Source: a bacterium (GTDB lineage Bacteria; Omnitrophota; Gorgyraeia; Gygaellales; UBA12090). From it: 40,605 nt of DNA. Where the stretch lies: positions 1 to 40,605 of the forward strand of contig SCPY01000069.1 of assembly GCA_004299495.1 (NCBI GenBank). Reading direction: 5' to 3'. The stretch's first letter is position 1. Each line of letters begins with the position of its first letter. The notes under the pieces are model-generated. The model saw nothing but the letters and a program-made list of their open reading frames with translations. It did not search any database and was not told where the DNA came from. Made by a program: the position numbers and the translations under genes. Of the stretch, positions 40,312 through 40,605 are shown one piece after another.

Positions 40312-40605
40312 ATGCCCAAGCGCACAGACATAAAGAAAATCCTGATTATCGGCTCCGGCCCGATTATTATCGGCCAGGCCTGCGAGTTTGATTATTCCGG
40401 AACCCAGGCCTGTAAGGCCCTATGGGAGGAAGGCTTTAAGGTTGTCCTGGTAAACTCCAACCCCGCCACCATTATGACCGACCCGGAAACGGCTGACCGC
40501 ACCTATATTGAGCCGATTACGCCTGAGATGCTGGAAAAGATTATCCGCAAAGAAAAGCCGGATGCCCTGCTTCCCACCTTAGGCGGACAGACGGGTTTGA
40601 ATGTG
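40312..40605 (+). CDS. carB: Carbamoyl-phosphate synthase large subunit, 3'-truncated by the window edge
   Basis: [37 protein letters not shown]...[12 protein letters not shown]. Confidence 0.93.
   Translation, partial: MPKRTDIKKILIIGSGPIIIGQACEFDYSGTQACKALWEEGFKVVLVNSNPATIMTDPETADRTYIEPITPEMLEKIIRKEKPDALLPTLGGQTGLNV

Overview
All confidently called genes in this 40.6 kb window lie on the + strand. The source looks like an uncultivated bacterium; lineage cannot be determined from sequence alone. Left to right: (1) the 3' part of an MSHA-like type IV pilus / T2SS-like operon (secretin, coiled-coil protein, TPR protein, GspE-type ATPase, ExeA/MshM-type AAA protein, GspF-type platform). (2) A signalling block (sensor-less histidine kinase, stand-alone PilZ, stand-alone receiver, T2SSE_N-PilZ fusion). 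(3) A promoter, a c-di-GMP-I (GEMM-I) riboswitch and a terminator leader, ahead of a secreted fibre protein with a bulb-lectin domain and a C-terminal S74 intramolecular-chaperone domain. (4) A second, near-complete type IV pilus cluster: HTH regulator, PilP-like lipoprotein, a two-ORF secretin, a PilB with tandem MshEN motifs, a major pilin, four minor pilins, PilC, a PilM-PilN fusion and PilO. (5) The replication locus dnaA-dnaN-dciA-gyrB-gyrA, with a 433-aa HNH-type intein in the Toprim motif of GyrB. (6) tRNA-Glu and glmS. (7) A PyrR-attenuated pyrR-pyrB-pyrC operon carrying an Endonuclease Q homologue, then tRNA-Arg, carA and the start of carB. The most interesting material is a multi-layer c-di-GMP circuit (riboswitch, PilZ, MshEN, T2SSE_N-PilZ decoy-like fusion) joining two pilus machines to a lectin fibre. 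Other notable items are the split secretin, the GyrB intein, and an identical 29-bp hairpin element inserted in-frame in two unrelated genes. No CRISPR array, transposase or prophage block was seen. All domain calls come from reading motifs by eye; no searches were run.
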